In this document: positions 63,716 through 64,000 of the stretch, piece by piece
Layout: every line of letters begins with the position of its first letter
Numbering within the stretch: the first letter of the stretch is position 1
NCBI RefSeq assembly: GCF_004010195.1
Contig: NC_057749.1
Location: forward strand, 8,682,293-8,746,292
DNA from: Chiloscyllium plagiosum
Taxonomy: Eukaryota
Length of the DNA: 64,000 nucleotides
Direction: 5' to 3'
The notes under the pieces: model-generated
Database searches by the model: none
Seen by the model: only the letters and a program-made list of their open reading frames with translations
What the model was told of the DNA's origin: nothing
Made by a program: the position numbers and the translations under genes

Positions 63716-64000
63716 GTGGTGGGATGCAGAAATCACCAGCATTAATTGCCCATTCTTAATTGTCCAGAGGCCAGTTAAAAGTTGCCCACATTACTGGAGT
63801 CACACATCGGTGAGACTGGGTAAGAATGAACAGATATCCTTCCTTAAAGAGCATAGTGAATCAGATGGGGTTTTTACATCAATAGTAAGATGGTCACCGT
63901 GAGGCCAAGTTTTAAATTCCAGATTTTTATTGAATTTAAATTTCACCATTTACTGTCATGGGATTTGAATCTACATCACCAATGCATGAGACTGGGTCTT

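Overview
Repeat-dominated vertebrate genomic DNA. The combination of HE1-type V-SINEs, CR1 LINEs, DeuSINE-type SINEs, Rex1/Babar and Penelope remnants points to a cartilaginous fish, probably a shark (inference). No host protein-coding gene is recognisable. The long ORFs come from CR1 or Rex1 reverse transcriptase, a Penelope GIY-YIG fragment, tandem repeats or N gaps (2436-2811, 13035-13368), so the window looks intronic or intergenic. Most notable: (1) a Penelope-type insertion at 12117-14043 whose inverted arms enclose a copy of genomic DNA from 3 kb upstream, with the left junction at the predicted ribozyme cleavage site; (2) minimal hammerhead-ribozyme cores with covarying stems in several Penelope-derived families; (3) a 1.26 kb unclassified segment nested with a SINE inside a CR1 tail; (4) an inverted local templated insertion; (5) a possible CR1 5' inversion; (6) a CpG-rich Tigger-like MITE, two solo LTRs with TSDs, a 41-bp minisatellite, tandem CTCF-like motifs and an RFX X-box. 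Family names come from motif recognition, not database searches. Boundaries of decayed repeats are approximate.
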